Translations under genes and position numbers: made by a program | Notes under the pieces: generated by a model | What the model saw: the letters and a program-made list of their open reading frames with translations, nothing else | Told to the model about the DNA's origin: nothing | Database searches by the model: none | Assembly: GCA_963708135.1 (NCBI GenBank) | Contig: OY970192.1 | Span: 4,480,001 to 4,544,000, forward strand | Source: an uncultured Gemmatimonadales bacterium | Lineage (GTDB): Bacteria; Gemmatimonadota; Gemmatimonadetes; Longimicrobiales; RSA9 | Length of the DNA stretch: 64,000 nucleotides | Direction: 5' to 3' | Part shown: positions 19,644-33,800 of the stretch, one piece after another | Layout: each line of letters opens with the position of its first letter | How positions within the stretch are numbered: position 1 is the first letter of the stretch

Positions 19644-19775
19644 CTCGAGCAGGCCCTGCGGGATCCGGTTGCCGGCAGCGATGCCTCGCTGGCCCTCCTG
19701 CGCGTGGATCCGACCTGGGACCCGCTGCGAGCCGATCCCCGCTTCGCGTCGCTGCTTCGCCGATACGCTGAATGA
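19641..19775 (+). pseudogene. C-terminal stump of a TPR-containing kinase/cyclase-type protein
   Basis: QLEQALRDPVAGSDASLALLRVDPTWDPLRADPRFASLLRRYAE*; LRVDPxWDPLRxDPRF is the familiar C-terminus of such proteins. Confidence 0.7.
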
Positions 19776-19793
19776 CCTCGAGGCGCATGGGCG

Positions 19794-20270
19794 TCAGCCG
19801 CGGCGCGCTGCCTCGATCGCGGCCACGTCGATCTTCTGCATGGTCATCATGCACTCGAAGGCACGCTGTGCCTCGCTGCCGCCGGCCGCGAGCGCCTCCG
19901 TCAGCACGCGCGGAGTGATCTGCCAGGACAGGCCCCACCGGTCCTTGCACCAGCCGCACGCGCTTTCCTCGCCCCCGTTGCCGACGATCGCGTTCCAGTA
20001 GCGGTCCGTTTCCTCCTGGTCGTCCGTCGCGATCTGGAACGAGAAGGCCTCGCTGTGCTTGAAGGCCGGTCCGCCGTTGAGGCCGAGGCAGGGGATACCC
20101 ACGACCGTGAACTCCACCGTCAGGACATCGCCCTCCTTGCCGCCGGGATAGTCGCCGGGCGCCTCGAACACGGCGCCCACGCTACTCTCCGGAAACGTGG
20201 CGGCGTAGAAGCGGGCCGCCTCGAGCGCGTCCTTCTCGAACCAGAGGCAAATCGTGTTCTTGGGCTTCAT
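19794..20270 (-). CDS. VOC family PhnB-like (3-demethylubiquinone-9 3-methyltransferase-like) protein
   Basis: NTICLWF, LNGGPAFKHSEAFSFQI, CGWCKDRWGLSWQITP, MQKIDVA. Confidence 0.9.
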   Translation of the reverse strand: MKPKNTICLWFEKDALEAARFYAATFPESSVGAVFEAPGDYPGGKEGDVLTVEFTVVGIPCLGLNGGPAFKHSEAFSFQIATDDQEETDRYWNAIVGNGGEESACGWCKDRWGLSWQITPRVLTEALAAGGSEAQRAFECMMTMQKIDVAAIEAARRG

Positions 20271-20339
20271 GTTCGTATACCCCCTGGTTGGAGTGCGCAC
20301 GCCGGGAAGGGGCGAGTTGCCCCGGACGAGCCGGCGGAC

Positions 20340-22370
<2,031 letters not shown>

Positions 22371-22431
22371 TATGGACAAGGATAGTGGAGGGTGTCGGTC
22401 GAGGCCAGTGCGGGCCTCGAACTGCAACGGC

Positions 22432-22470
22432 GGGTGGGGGTGCGGGTGAGCGTGGGGGTGGGGGTGGGGG
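22432..22470. repeat. G-rich hexamer tandem repeat (GGGTGN), about 6.5 copies
   Basis: GGGTGG GGGTGC GGGTGA GCGTGG GGGTGG GGGTGG GGG. Confidence 0.75.
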
Positions 22471-22638
22471 CACGACGGGGGAGCTACGGGTGGGGGCGCC
22501 CGCTGCCTCCGGCGGATCGGCCCGGACGTTCCTGCCGGTCGGCGCATGGGAGCGCCGCGGGCGATCCTCCGTGCGGGCGAGGTGGGCGGGATGGCTGGCG
22601 TGGAAGGCGGCGCTGGGGGGCGGGCTGGTCCCTCCGGG

Positions 22639-22810
22639 TGCACAACCCGCCGCTCGTTCCCCTCCGGCGCACGGGGGGCCGATTGTGCACCCCATGCCGG
22701 CGCAACTCGCCGCTCGTTCCCTCCGGCTTCATCGAGTGGCAGGTTGGGACGGCTCCGCGTGTCTGGGCGCACTCTCGGTTCCGGACCGCCGCCGAGGGGC
22801 GGGTTGTGCA
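22639..22810. repeat. Intergenic element with 13-bp inverted ends and an internal 60-bp-spaced direct repeat
   Basis: TGCACAACCCGCC (22639-22651) and GGCGGGTTGTGCA (22798-22810); CGCCGCTCGTTCCC(C)TCCGGC at about 22648 and 22708. Confidence 0.55.
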
Positions 22811-22984
22811 GAATCCTCGGTTCCTTCTCAGCGCGCTGATAGACCCCGCGCTCCGGCCTACGCCGGACCGCCGCTGGGGCTGCGGGCGCGCACCATGCCG
22901 GAGCTCGCCGGTCCGGAGCGCGTCCGCGCGTCGTAGGGCGCGGTACGCACGCTCAGCCCCACCCGCTGTTCGTACTTCCGACGG

Positions 22985-23983
22985 TCAGGCTCTCAGCAGG
23001 GCGACCCACATGGCGTCCACCAGCATGTGCGTGATGGCGGACGCGGTGGTCCGTCGGGTGCGCAGGTAGACCCAACCGTAGGCGATGCCGGCCAGGGTGG
23101 CGAGCACGACGTAGCGCGGGTCGGGCAGGTGGGCGAGGCCGAAGATCACGGCCGCGCCGAGCAGGCCTCCCCACGGGCCGACCCACTCGACCAGCAGCCC
23201 CTGGATCATCCCCCGGAACAGCAGCTCCTCGGGCAGCGCCGTGGTGAGGTAGATGAGCAGGGCGGAGAGGAGCGCGGGGCCGGCGTGCTGCTGCGTCGCC
23301 TTCCACTGGATGAAGTGGGTCAGGAACCCGATCGGCAGCGCGACCACGGCGAAGGCGAGGAACGCGAGCAGGGCCCGTCCGATGTCGGCCGGGCGCAGCG
23401 CGAAGCTGTAGCCGAGGTCGAGGTGCCGCACGACCGTGAACAGGTAGAGCGCGTCGAGCAGCCCGAAGAAGCGCGCCGCGTCGTAGCCGACCGGCCCGGG
23501 CACGGGGATGGCCGGCAGCACGCGCAGCTCGACCGGCAGCCAGAGAACGGCGATGGCGGCGAGCTCCCGCAGCGGCGGCCGGCCCGTACGGGTGGCGCCG
23601 GGCGCGAGCAGCAGCGCGGGGAGCAGCAGGTAGGCGGGCCAGAGGGCGACGGCGCGCGCCGGGTCCTTCAGCCACGCGCTGTAGCCGGCCGCCACCGCGC
23701 CGAGCACGAGCGGCCCGGCCAGGATCCGGACCCAGCGGCCGTGCACCGCCGCGCGCAGGCGGGCCACCGTACCCGGCACGGATGGCCCGATGTAGGCGGC
23801 GGCGAGCGCGGAGCCGAGGGCGAGGCCAGGCAGCGTCGCCCACTCGGGCGAGGTGCGCATGAGCAGCACGACGAGCGCGACCCAGAGGGCGGTCGGCACG
23901 AACCGGGCGACGGCCGGCGCCGTTTCCCACGCCACGTCGGGGTCTTCCGGGATCGGTCCCGGAGCTTCGGGCGTCTGATTCAC
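22985..23983 (-). CDS. CPBP-family (CAAX/Abi) intramembrane glutamic endopeptidase
   Basis: PEELLFRG, FGLAH, AITH motifs; multiple TM helices. Start approximate. Confidence 0.9.
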   Translation of the reverse strand: MNQTPEAPGPIPEDPDVAWETAPAVARFVPTALWVALVVLLMRTSPEWATLPGLALGSALAAAYIGPSVPGTVARLRAAVHGRWVRILAGPLVLGAVAAGYSAWLKDPARAVALWPAYLLLPALLLAPGATRTGRPPLRELAAIAVLWLPVELRVLPAIPVPGPVGYDAARFFGLLDALYLFTVVRHLDLGYSFALRPADIGRALLAFLAFAVVALPIGFLTHFIQWKATQQHAGPALLSALLIYLTTALPEELLFRGMIQGLLVEWVGPWGGLLGAAVIFGLAHLPDPRYVVLATLAGIAYGWVYLRTRRTTASAITHMLVDAMWVALLRA

Positions 23984-24138
23984 GGCGGGCAAGATGCAGC
24001 CTCCCGTGATTTCCTGCCATGCCCCGGCGCCTCGATGCAAGAAAACCGGCCGGAAGCCTCGTAGAGGGCTCCCGGCCGGTTCCGTCGCGGGCGCCGGCGC
24101 TGCCCCGGGGGGCCCGGCGCTACGCCAGGCGCCGGCGC

Positions 24139-26736
<2,598 letters not shown>

Positions 26737-26807
26737 GTCCATCCCCTTTTCCATGCGCGTTCGCACCGGCGATCCGGCAGGAAGCCGGTGACCCCGCTCC
26801 ATCCTCA

Positions 26808-26823
26808 AGCAGCATTCTTGCCA
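26808..26823 (-). promoter_or_regulatory. Putative sigma54 (-24/-12) promoter of lon
   Basis: Minus strand TGGCAAGAATGCTGCT = GG-N10-GC, about 70 bp upstream of the start; AT-rich patch at about 26868-26894 further upstream. Confidence 0.6.
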
Positions 26824-27335
26824 GCCCCGCGTGCCCGCGAAATCCGGCGTCCTGCCGCGAAATTCCCGTTGTTCAGTGTGTATTGAAATATAACAGCTCC
26901 CGGGCCGAAATGGCAGCCCCCGGGAACAACTGCCCGATCGGCAGCGGGGCGGTCCCTTCGCCGCCCGTCCGCCGTCGGCTGTCCACCCGCTGACCCTCTT
27001 CCGGGCTCCTCGCTGTCTCACATGGGTTCCGCCGGCCGGCGGCGGCTCGAAACCCCGTGTGCGGGTGCTTGTGCACGCTTGCGCGACCGGCTTGCGTTCC
27101 CGCGCAAAGGGGTCCCGAAAACGGCCGCGCGCCAGCGGTCCACCCGCACCCGCACACGGGTCCAATCCTCACCCACTCGGAGCCCACTCGGCATAGCGAG
27201 GAACCCTTCTCCGCCGCTCCGGCTCACTTCACCCGAGTGGGGGAGTGGGGGACGCTCGCGGCGGCGTCGGGCGCGCGGGTTGCGGCGGCCCCAGCCGGCG
27301 GGACCGTGGACGCGAACGGCAGGTCCCGACCGCCA

Positions 27336-27556
27336 TGGGCGCATCGGTGCGGCAGCCGCGGTGAACTCCCCACCCGTACCCTGGCGCGGAGACGGTTGGG
27401 GAGTTGACCGCGCTATTCGTTGTCAACTCCCCACGGGTCGGAGGTCCATGGGAAGGATTGGGGACTTTACCGCGCTATTCGCAGGCAAGTCCCCAAGCGT
27501 CCATTCCACGGCCGAAGGGTGGGGACTTTCCTACCCTCGCGGGCCAATGCGACCCG
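27336..27556. repeat. Mini-array of 37-bp palindromic repeats separated by 24-25-nt spacers
   Basis: R2 27397-27433 TGGGGAGTTGACCGCGCTATTCGTTGTCAACTCCCCA; R3 27459-27495 TGGGGACTTTACCGCGCTATTCGCAGGCAAGTCCCCA; half-degenerate R1 27336-27372 and R4 from 27520. Confidence 0.75.
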
Positions 27557-27673
27557 GCCCAGCCAGCGGAGGCCGCGCTGGCCCCGCCAGCGGACGCCGC
27601 GCCGGCCCCGCCAGTGGACGCCGCGCTGGCCCCGCCAGCGGACGCCGCCCCGGCCCCGCCAGCGGATGCCGGT
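27554..27673. repeat. 24-bp tandem repeat (VNTR), 5 copies
   Basis: Consensus CYGGCCCCGCCAGCGGACGCCGCG at 27554, 27578, 27602, 27626 and 27650. Confidence 0.9.
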
Positions 27674-27753
27674 CCGGCGTCTCCCACTCCCGCATTCCCC
27701 CGCTCGGGGCGGTAGCGGTGTGTGGAAGCGCGCCGGACCGGTGCTGCCGAGGC

Positions 27754-28329
27754 TCAGTGCTGCGAGCCGTTCCAGCGGCCCTGCTGCTGGCCATCGCGGC
27801 CGTGCTGCTGGCCGCCCTGCCGCTGCCCGTCCTGGCGGCCGGTCCACTGGCCGTTCTCGCGGGCGTGCCCGGCGCGCTGCTTCATCTGCTCGCGCATCCG
27901 GCTGACGTTCGCGTCGAAGGTGCGGCGCTGGCCGGAGTCGAGCACGCCGCGGATGTCCTTGAGCTCCCGCTCGCGGATCTTCCGCATCTGGTCGCGGCTC
28001 TTCTCGGTGCGCTGGAAGACCTTGCGGGCGGCGTCGTCGTCGCCACGCTGGTGGTCGGCGCGGGCCTCCTGGATGGCGGGCCGCATGCGCTCCCGGAGCT
28101 GCTTGGTCTGGTCCGCGTAGTGCTCGCGGATCTGCTGGATGCGCGAGCGCTGGCCGGAGCTCAGGTCGATGCCGCGGAAGAGGCTCTGGCCGAGCCGCTG
28201 TCCGGGCCCGCGGTCCTGCCGGGCGCCCTGCTCGGCGCGCGCGCGGCCGTGGGGGGACTGGGCGGCGAGCATGGGGGCCGCCCCGAGGGTGAGGGCCAGC
28301 GCGAGGCCGGCCATGGGAATGCGTCGCAT
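27754..28329 (-). CDS. Spy/CpxP-family periplasmic protein
   Basis: Signal peptide; LFRGIDLSSGQR and IRGVLDSGQRRTF (LTxxQ-like motifs); helical R/Q/E-rich body; next to a two-component system. Confidence 0.8.
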   Translation of the reverse strand: MRRIPMAGLALALTLGAAPMLAAQSPHGRARAEQGARQDRGPGQRLGQSLFRGIDLSSGQRSRIQQIREHYADQTKQLRERMRPAIQEARADHQRGDDDAARKVFQRTEKSRDQMRKIRERELKDIRGVLDSGQRRTFDANVSRMREQMKQRAGHARENGQWTGRQDGQRQGGQQHGRDGQQQGRWNGSQH

Positions 28330-28448
28330 GTGTCCTCCTGGTGTTGCGGGGCCGCCGTCCGGTGGCCGCCGCGCCTGGTTGCGCCGCGTGGGGGAGGACC
28401 GTCGCGATCCTCTGGCAACCCCTCGCGAGATGAACGTAACCCCGTGTG

Positions 28449-28466
28449 GATAAACGCTCGATTAAC
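28449..28466 (-). promoter_or_regulatory. 18-bp direct-repeat operator (copy 1) upstream of the spy-like gene
   Basis: GTTAATCGAGCGTTTATC, 16/18 identical to 62562-62579; followed by TACGTT-CATC. Confidence 0.65.
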
Positions 28467-28563
28467 GCGGGATGGGGGATGCGTGACACGGGAGGTGGAT
28501 GCGGCAAGCGACGCCGCCGTCGGGCGTGGAAGGGCGGACGAACCCCGCATCCCGACCCCCGCA

Positions 28564-30036
28564 TCACCGGGGGGATGGGCGGTCGGCGGGTGCGGTCCGG
28601 GCGGGCAGGGTGGCGGTAAAGGTGGTTCCTTCGGGGCCGGTCTCCTGGAGGCGGAGCGTGCCGCCGTGGGCCTCGGCGATCCAGCGGGCGATCGGCAGGC
28701 CGAGGCCGGCGCCGCCGACCTCGTCGGAGGCGCGGACCTCCTCGGCGCGGTAGAAGCGCTCGAACACGCGCTCGCGGGCGGCGGCGGGAATCCCCGGCCC
28801 GGTGTCGCGCACGGAGATCCGCACCATGGCGTCGTCCGGCTGCGCGGTCACCCTCACGCGGCCGCCGGGTGGCGTGTACTTGAGCGCATTGTCCACGAGG
28901 TTGGAGAGCATGCGGCGGAGCAGCCCCTCATCCCCCTCGACGACCAGCGGCGGCGGGGCCTCGACGGTGAGGTCGACGCCGCGCTGCTCGGCCACGCGCC
29001 CGAGGGAGCGGCCGGTGTCGCGGAGCAGCTCCGCGAGCTGGACGGGCTCGCGGCGGAGCGCCTGCTCGCCGGCGTCGGCGCGGGCGAGGGTGAAGAGGTC
29101 GTCCACGATGGTGGAGAGGCGGATGGCCTCCTCGGAGATCACGCCGAGGGTCTCGCGGTACTCGGCGCCGGGCCGCTCGGCCCTCGAGAGGGCGACGTCG
29201 GCCTCGGCCCGCAGCACGGCCACGGGCGTGCGCAGCTCGTGCGCCGCGTCTGCCATGAAGCGGCGCTGCTGCTCGAACGCGTCGTGCAGGCGCCCGAGCA
29301 GCAGGTTGAGCACGGAGGCGAGCTCGGCCAGCTCGTCGCCGGAGGCGGGCACGGGCAGGCGGTCCTCGAGCGTGGCGGCGCCGATGCGGGAGGCGCGCCG
29401 CGTCATGGCGGCGACGGGCGCGAGGCTCTGGCGTGCCAGCAGGTAGCTGCCGAGCCCCGCGAGCAGGATGCCGAGCGGGATGGCCAGCAGGAACGCCATG
29501 CGGGCGGCGGCGAGCAGCGCGTCCTCCTCGCGCGTGGAGCCGAGGACGGCCACCGTGAAGCCGCCGGGCCGGCCGCGCGGCGGGCGCAGCTCGCGGACGT
29601 AGGCGCGCACGTGCGCGGTGCCGGGCGCCGGCGGCGGCAGCACGGCGCTCCCGCCGGCGCGGAGCACCGCCTGGAGCGTCGTGGGCGCGAGCGGCGGCAG
29701 CAGGAACGGCGCGCGCGTGGGGCCGACCGGCGGCACGCGGGAGGCGGCCACGAGCCGGTCGCCCTGGTAGAAGAGGACCCGCCGGTCGGCGAAGCGGAGC
29801 CGGTCCGCGGCTTCGTTGAGCGCGGACGCGCGCGCGGAGTCGGGGACGCCCTGCGCCACCACCCGCATGCTGGAGAGGGCGGTTCGGGCCGTCTCGGCCA
29901 GGTCGCGCTCGGTCCTGCGGGAGAGGAAGCGGGCCAGGAGCGAGTAGGAGGTGGCGGCCGTCGCCAGGAGCACCACGGCCACGACCGCGGTGGACCAGAG
30001 GGTGAGGCGGACCCGCACGGGCAGCGAGCGCTTCAT
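28564..30036 (-). CDS. HAMP-domain sensor histidine kinase
   Basis: Two TM segments, FMADAAHELRTP, NLVDNALKYT, DTGPGI, FERFYR, GAGLGL. Confidence 0.95.
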   Translation of the reverse strand: MKRSLPVRVRLTLWSTAVVAVVLLATAATSYSLLARFLSRRTERDLAETARTALSSMRVVAQGVPDSARASALNEAADRLRFADRRVLFYQGDRLVAASRVPPVGPTRAPFLLPPLAPTTLQAVLRAGGSAVLPPPAPGTAHVRAYVRELRPPRGRPGGFTVAVLGSTREEDALLAAARMAFLLAIPLGILLAGLGSYLLARQSLAPVAAMTRRASRIGAATLEDRLPVPASGDELAELASVLNLLLGRLHDAFEQQRRFMADAAHELRTPVAVLRAEADVALSRAERPGAEYRETLGVISEEAIRLSTIVDDLFTLARADAGEQALRREPVQLAELLRDTGRSLGRVAEQRGVDLTVEAPPPLVVEGDEGLLRRMLSNLVDNALKYTPPGGRVRVTAQPDDAMVRISVRDTGPGIPAAARERVFERFYRAEEVRASDEVGGAGLGLPIARWIAEAHGGTLRLQETGPEGTTFTATLPARTAPADRPSPR

Positions 30037-30713
30037 CCGGCGCCGTCCGGCTCGAGGACGTAGCCCGCGCCGCGGCGGGTCTGGATCAGTCCCGCGGCGT
30101 CGCCTTCGGCGAGCTTGCGGCGGAGCCGGTTGATGTAGACCTCGATCAGGTTGCTGGCGGGGTCGTAGCGCTCGTCCCAGACGTGGTCGGAGATCTCGGC
30201 GCGCCCGATGACGCGGCCCGGGTTGCGGACGAAGTACTCGAGCAGCGCGTACTCCTTGGTGGTCAGCTCCATCGGCTCCCCGCCGAGCGTGGCGCGCTGC
30301 GCGGCGGGATCGAGGGTGAGCGGCCCGATCTCGAGGGTGGCCGGAGCCACCGCCTCGCCGCGCCTGAGCAGCGCCCGCAGCCGGGCGAGCAGCTCCTCGA
30401 AGGAGAACGGCTTGGTCAGGTAGTCGTCCGCGCCCGCGTCGAGGCCGCGCACCCGGTCGGCCACGGCGTCGCGGGCGGTCAGCATCAGGATGCGCGCGGG
30501 GTTCTCGCGCTCCCGCAGCCGGCGCGCCACCTCCATGCCGTCGGGCTCGGGGATCCCGATGTCCAGCACGATGGCATCGTAGGGGTTGACGTTGCCGAGG
30601 AAGAGCGCGTCCTTGCCGGTGCGCGCCACGTCCACGGCGTACGCGTTCTCGCGCAGCCCCTTCTCGAGGATTCGCGCGAGTCGGACATCGTCCTCCACCA
30701 CCAGCACCCGCAT
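30033..30713 (-). CDS. OmpR/PhoB-family response regulator
   Basis: MRVLVVEDD, VLDIG, LMLTA, GADDYLTKPF, IEVYINRLRRKL, TRRGAGY; ATGA overlap with the kinase. Confidence 0.95.
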   Translation of the reverse strand: MRVLVVEDDVRLARILEKGLRENAYAVDVARTGKDALFLGNVNPYDAIVLDIGIPEPDGMEVARRLRERENPARILMLTARDAVADRVRGLDAGADDYLTKPFSFEELLARLRALLRRGEAVAPATLEIGPLTLDPAAQRATLGGEPMELTTKEYALLEYFVRNPGRVIGRAEISDHVWDERYDPASNLIEVYINRLRRKLAEGDAAGLIQTRRGAGYVLEPDGAG

Positions 30714-30850
30714 CGCTGCCTCCCCGGCCCCGGCGCGCGGCGGAACGGCCGCCGGCCACGGGACCATTGACTATCCGCGCCCGCGGAGCGCATGGATAGG
30801 GTCCCCTCTGCAGCGCGGCGGTACCGCCATCCCCCGGCCAGGAGCGTCCC

Positions 30851-33800
30851 GTGCCCACGCGTCCCGAGACCCTGTACACCCAGGAGATCCGCTTCGCCGT
30901 CGTAATGTACGGTGGCGTGTCGCTCGCGATCTACATGAACGGCATCGCGCAGGAGCTCCTGCGCATGGTGCGCGCGACGGCGCCGGACCCGCGCGACCCC
31001 GGCCGCGTGCTCCTCGCGGACGAGGAGCTGGACGGCTCGGAGCGGGCGTACCGCAAGCTGGGGCAGATCCTCAGCCGGGGCGAGCCGCTGCCGGAGCGGG
31101 CGGAGGCGGCCTCCGACGCGCCGATCCGGACCCGCTTCGTGGTCGACGTGATCTCGGGCACCTCCGCCGGCGGCATCAACGGGATCTTCCTGGCCAAGGC
31201 GCTGGCCAACGCGCAGTCGCTCGACGGGCTGCGCCGGCTGTGGATCCGCGAGGGCGACCTCGCGCGGCTGCTGAACGACCGCGCCTCGGTCGCCGACCTC
31301 TCGCCGCTCGCGCCCTCCGTGCCCCCGCGCGCGCTGCTGAACGGCGAGCGCATGTACGTCGAGCTGCTCCGGGCGTTCCGCGGGATGGAGGCAGGCGCGC
31401 CGGACGGGGCCGCAGGCGCGCCGTGGACGCGCGCCGGCGCGGGCGCCGTGGTGTCGCCGTTCGTCGATGAGCTCGACCTGTTCGTCACCACCACGGACAT
31501 CCGCGGCACCGTCGTGCCGCTCCGGCTCACCGACGAGGTGGCGCGCGAGCTCCGCTACCGCGACGTCTTCCACTTCCGCTACCGGCCCGGCAGCCCGCAG
31601 GCCGCCGGCGCCACCGGGCGCAACGACTTCGCGGCCAGCGAGAACCCGGTGCTCGCCTTCGCCGCCCGCTGCACCTCGTCCTTTCCCTTCGCCTTCGAGC
31701 CGATGCGGGCCGACACGGCCAGGCGGCTGCTGCGCCTGTTCCCGGGGCCGGCCGCCGCGTCCGAGCGGCCGGTGGACGCGGCCGCGCTGCGCCAGTACCT
31801 GCGCGGCTTCTCGTCGCCCGCTGCGGATGGGGCGGAGGTGGTCGAGCGCTCCTTCGGCGACGGCGGCTATCTCGACAACAAGCCGTTCAGCTACGCCATC
31901 GATGCGCTCTCGCACCGGCGCGCGGCGCTGCCCACCCAGCGCAAGCTCGTCTACGTGGAGCCCGACCCCGAGCACCCGGAGCTGGCCGGCCAGGCCGCGG
32001 CGCCGCCCGACGCGCTGGAGAACGTGCAGGCCGCGCTGCTCGGGATCCCCCGCTACGAGGCGGTCCGGGAGGACCTCCAGCGGGTGCTGGCCCGCAACCG
32101 TCTGGTGACACGCGTGGACTCGATCCTGGCCGGCGCGGAGGAGGACGCGCCGCACGCCGGCATCGGCCCTCGCACCCACACCCTCTCGGGGGAGAGCTAC
32201 GCGGACAGCGACCTCTCCGTCATGATCCGCCAGTATGGCATCGGCTACGGCGGCTACCACCGGCTCAAGGTGGCCGCGGTCAGCGATTTCCTCGCGGATG
32301 TCTTTGCCTGCGCTGGCGGGCTCGACACCGGCTCTGACGAGTGGTACGGCGTGCGCTATCTCGTCCGCGCCTGGCGCGACGCGCACTACGTCCACTACCG
32401 CTCCGAGGACGAGACCGGCCGCAAGCGGACAATGAACGCCTTCCTGTTGCGCTACGACCTGGACTACCGCGTGCGGCGCCTGGCCTACCTCAGGACCCGG
32501 CTGGACGAGGTGACCGCAGGCGCCGGCCGGCTGTACGAGGCGCTGGTCCAGGAATCGGGCGCCCCCGCGCACGACGCGCTCAGGGAGCGGCTGTTCGCGG
32601 TCCTGGCCGGTGTGGACGCCGCGCTCTCCCTCCTCACCGCCGAGCGCGAGGCGCTGCTCCACGGCCACGAGGCGACGATCCCCGCGGAGGATTCCGCGGC
32701 CGCCGACTGGCTTCTCGTCCCGCCGCCGGCTGCGGGCGCCGCGGCCAGGGACTCGCTCGCGGCCGGCGTGGCGGCCACGGGGGTGACGGGCGAGCTGCTC
32801 CGTGAGCTGCTGGCGCTCGACACGGACGAGGAGCGGCGCGCCTCCGCCGAGTGGCTGCTCGGCGTACGCGAGACTCCGGAGCCGGACCCCGGCCCGGGCC
32901 GGCCGGCGCGGCTCGAGAGGGTGGCGCCGGCGCTGCCCGGCGCGCTGCCGCGCCGGCCGACGGAGCCCGCCGCCTTCGAGCGGCTGGCCGCGTCGATCGC
33001 CGACCGCATCGAGCGCGCGACCATGGCGGCCGGCCGCGTCGCCGGGACGGTCATGGGCGAGGACGCGGTGGGCCGCCTGGCGCGCCGCCTCTACGATGAG
33101 TTCGAGGCCATCGACCTCGTCGCCTATCCGCCGCTGTACGCGACCGAGGCGGGCGGCGAGCTGGACCGTGTGGACGTCTTCCGCGTCAGCCCCGAGGACG
33201 CCACGTCCCTGGTCGCCGACCCTGTCGATGCCCGCCGCAAGCTGGGCGGCGCGAGCTTCTACCACTTCGGCGCCTTCCTGGAGGAACGCTGGCGCCGGAA
33301 CGACATCCTGTGGGGCAGGCTGGACGGCGCCGAGCGCCTCGTCGCGACGGTGGTCCCGCGCGCACACGCCGGCCTGCGCGCCGCGCTGGTGCGGGAGGCG
33401 CAGGTCCCGATCGTGGCCGCCGAGCTCCGCAGCGCGGGCGCCGAGGTGCTCGGGCCGGTGGCCGCGCGCGCCCACACGCTGACCGATGCGGAGCTCTTCG
33501 ATGCCTTCCGCACCGACTACGAGCTCGACCGCCACCTCGACCCGGCCGGCAGCCTCCGCTCCGTGGGCCGCTCCACCACCATCATCGGCCGCATGCTCGA
33601 CGACCTGGCCGACCGGCGCGCCCGCGCCGCGCGGCCGCTCGCCGTCTGGGTGACCCGCCTGGGACGGACCTTCGCCGCCATGGTCGAGCTGGCCACCCCC
33701 GGAAGCTTCGCCCGGATCGGCGGAGCCCAGGTCGTGGCGCTCCTCTACCTCGCGGAGCTCCTCCTGCTGGGCGGCGGCTACGTGCTCGGCCAGCGCGAGG

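Noticed and set aside
24035..24053. Possible sigma54 promoter upstream of the CPBP gene (CGGCCGGTTTTCTTGCA)
   Set aside because: GG-to-GC spacing is 11 rather than the required 10.
27336..27556. Calling the palindromic array a true CRISPR
   Set aside because: Only two full, non-identical repeats, short spacers, no AT-rich leader and no cas genes; kept as an unexplained repeat.
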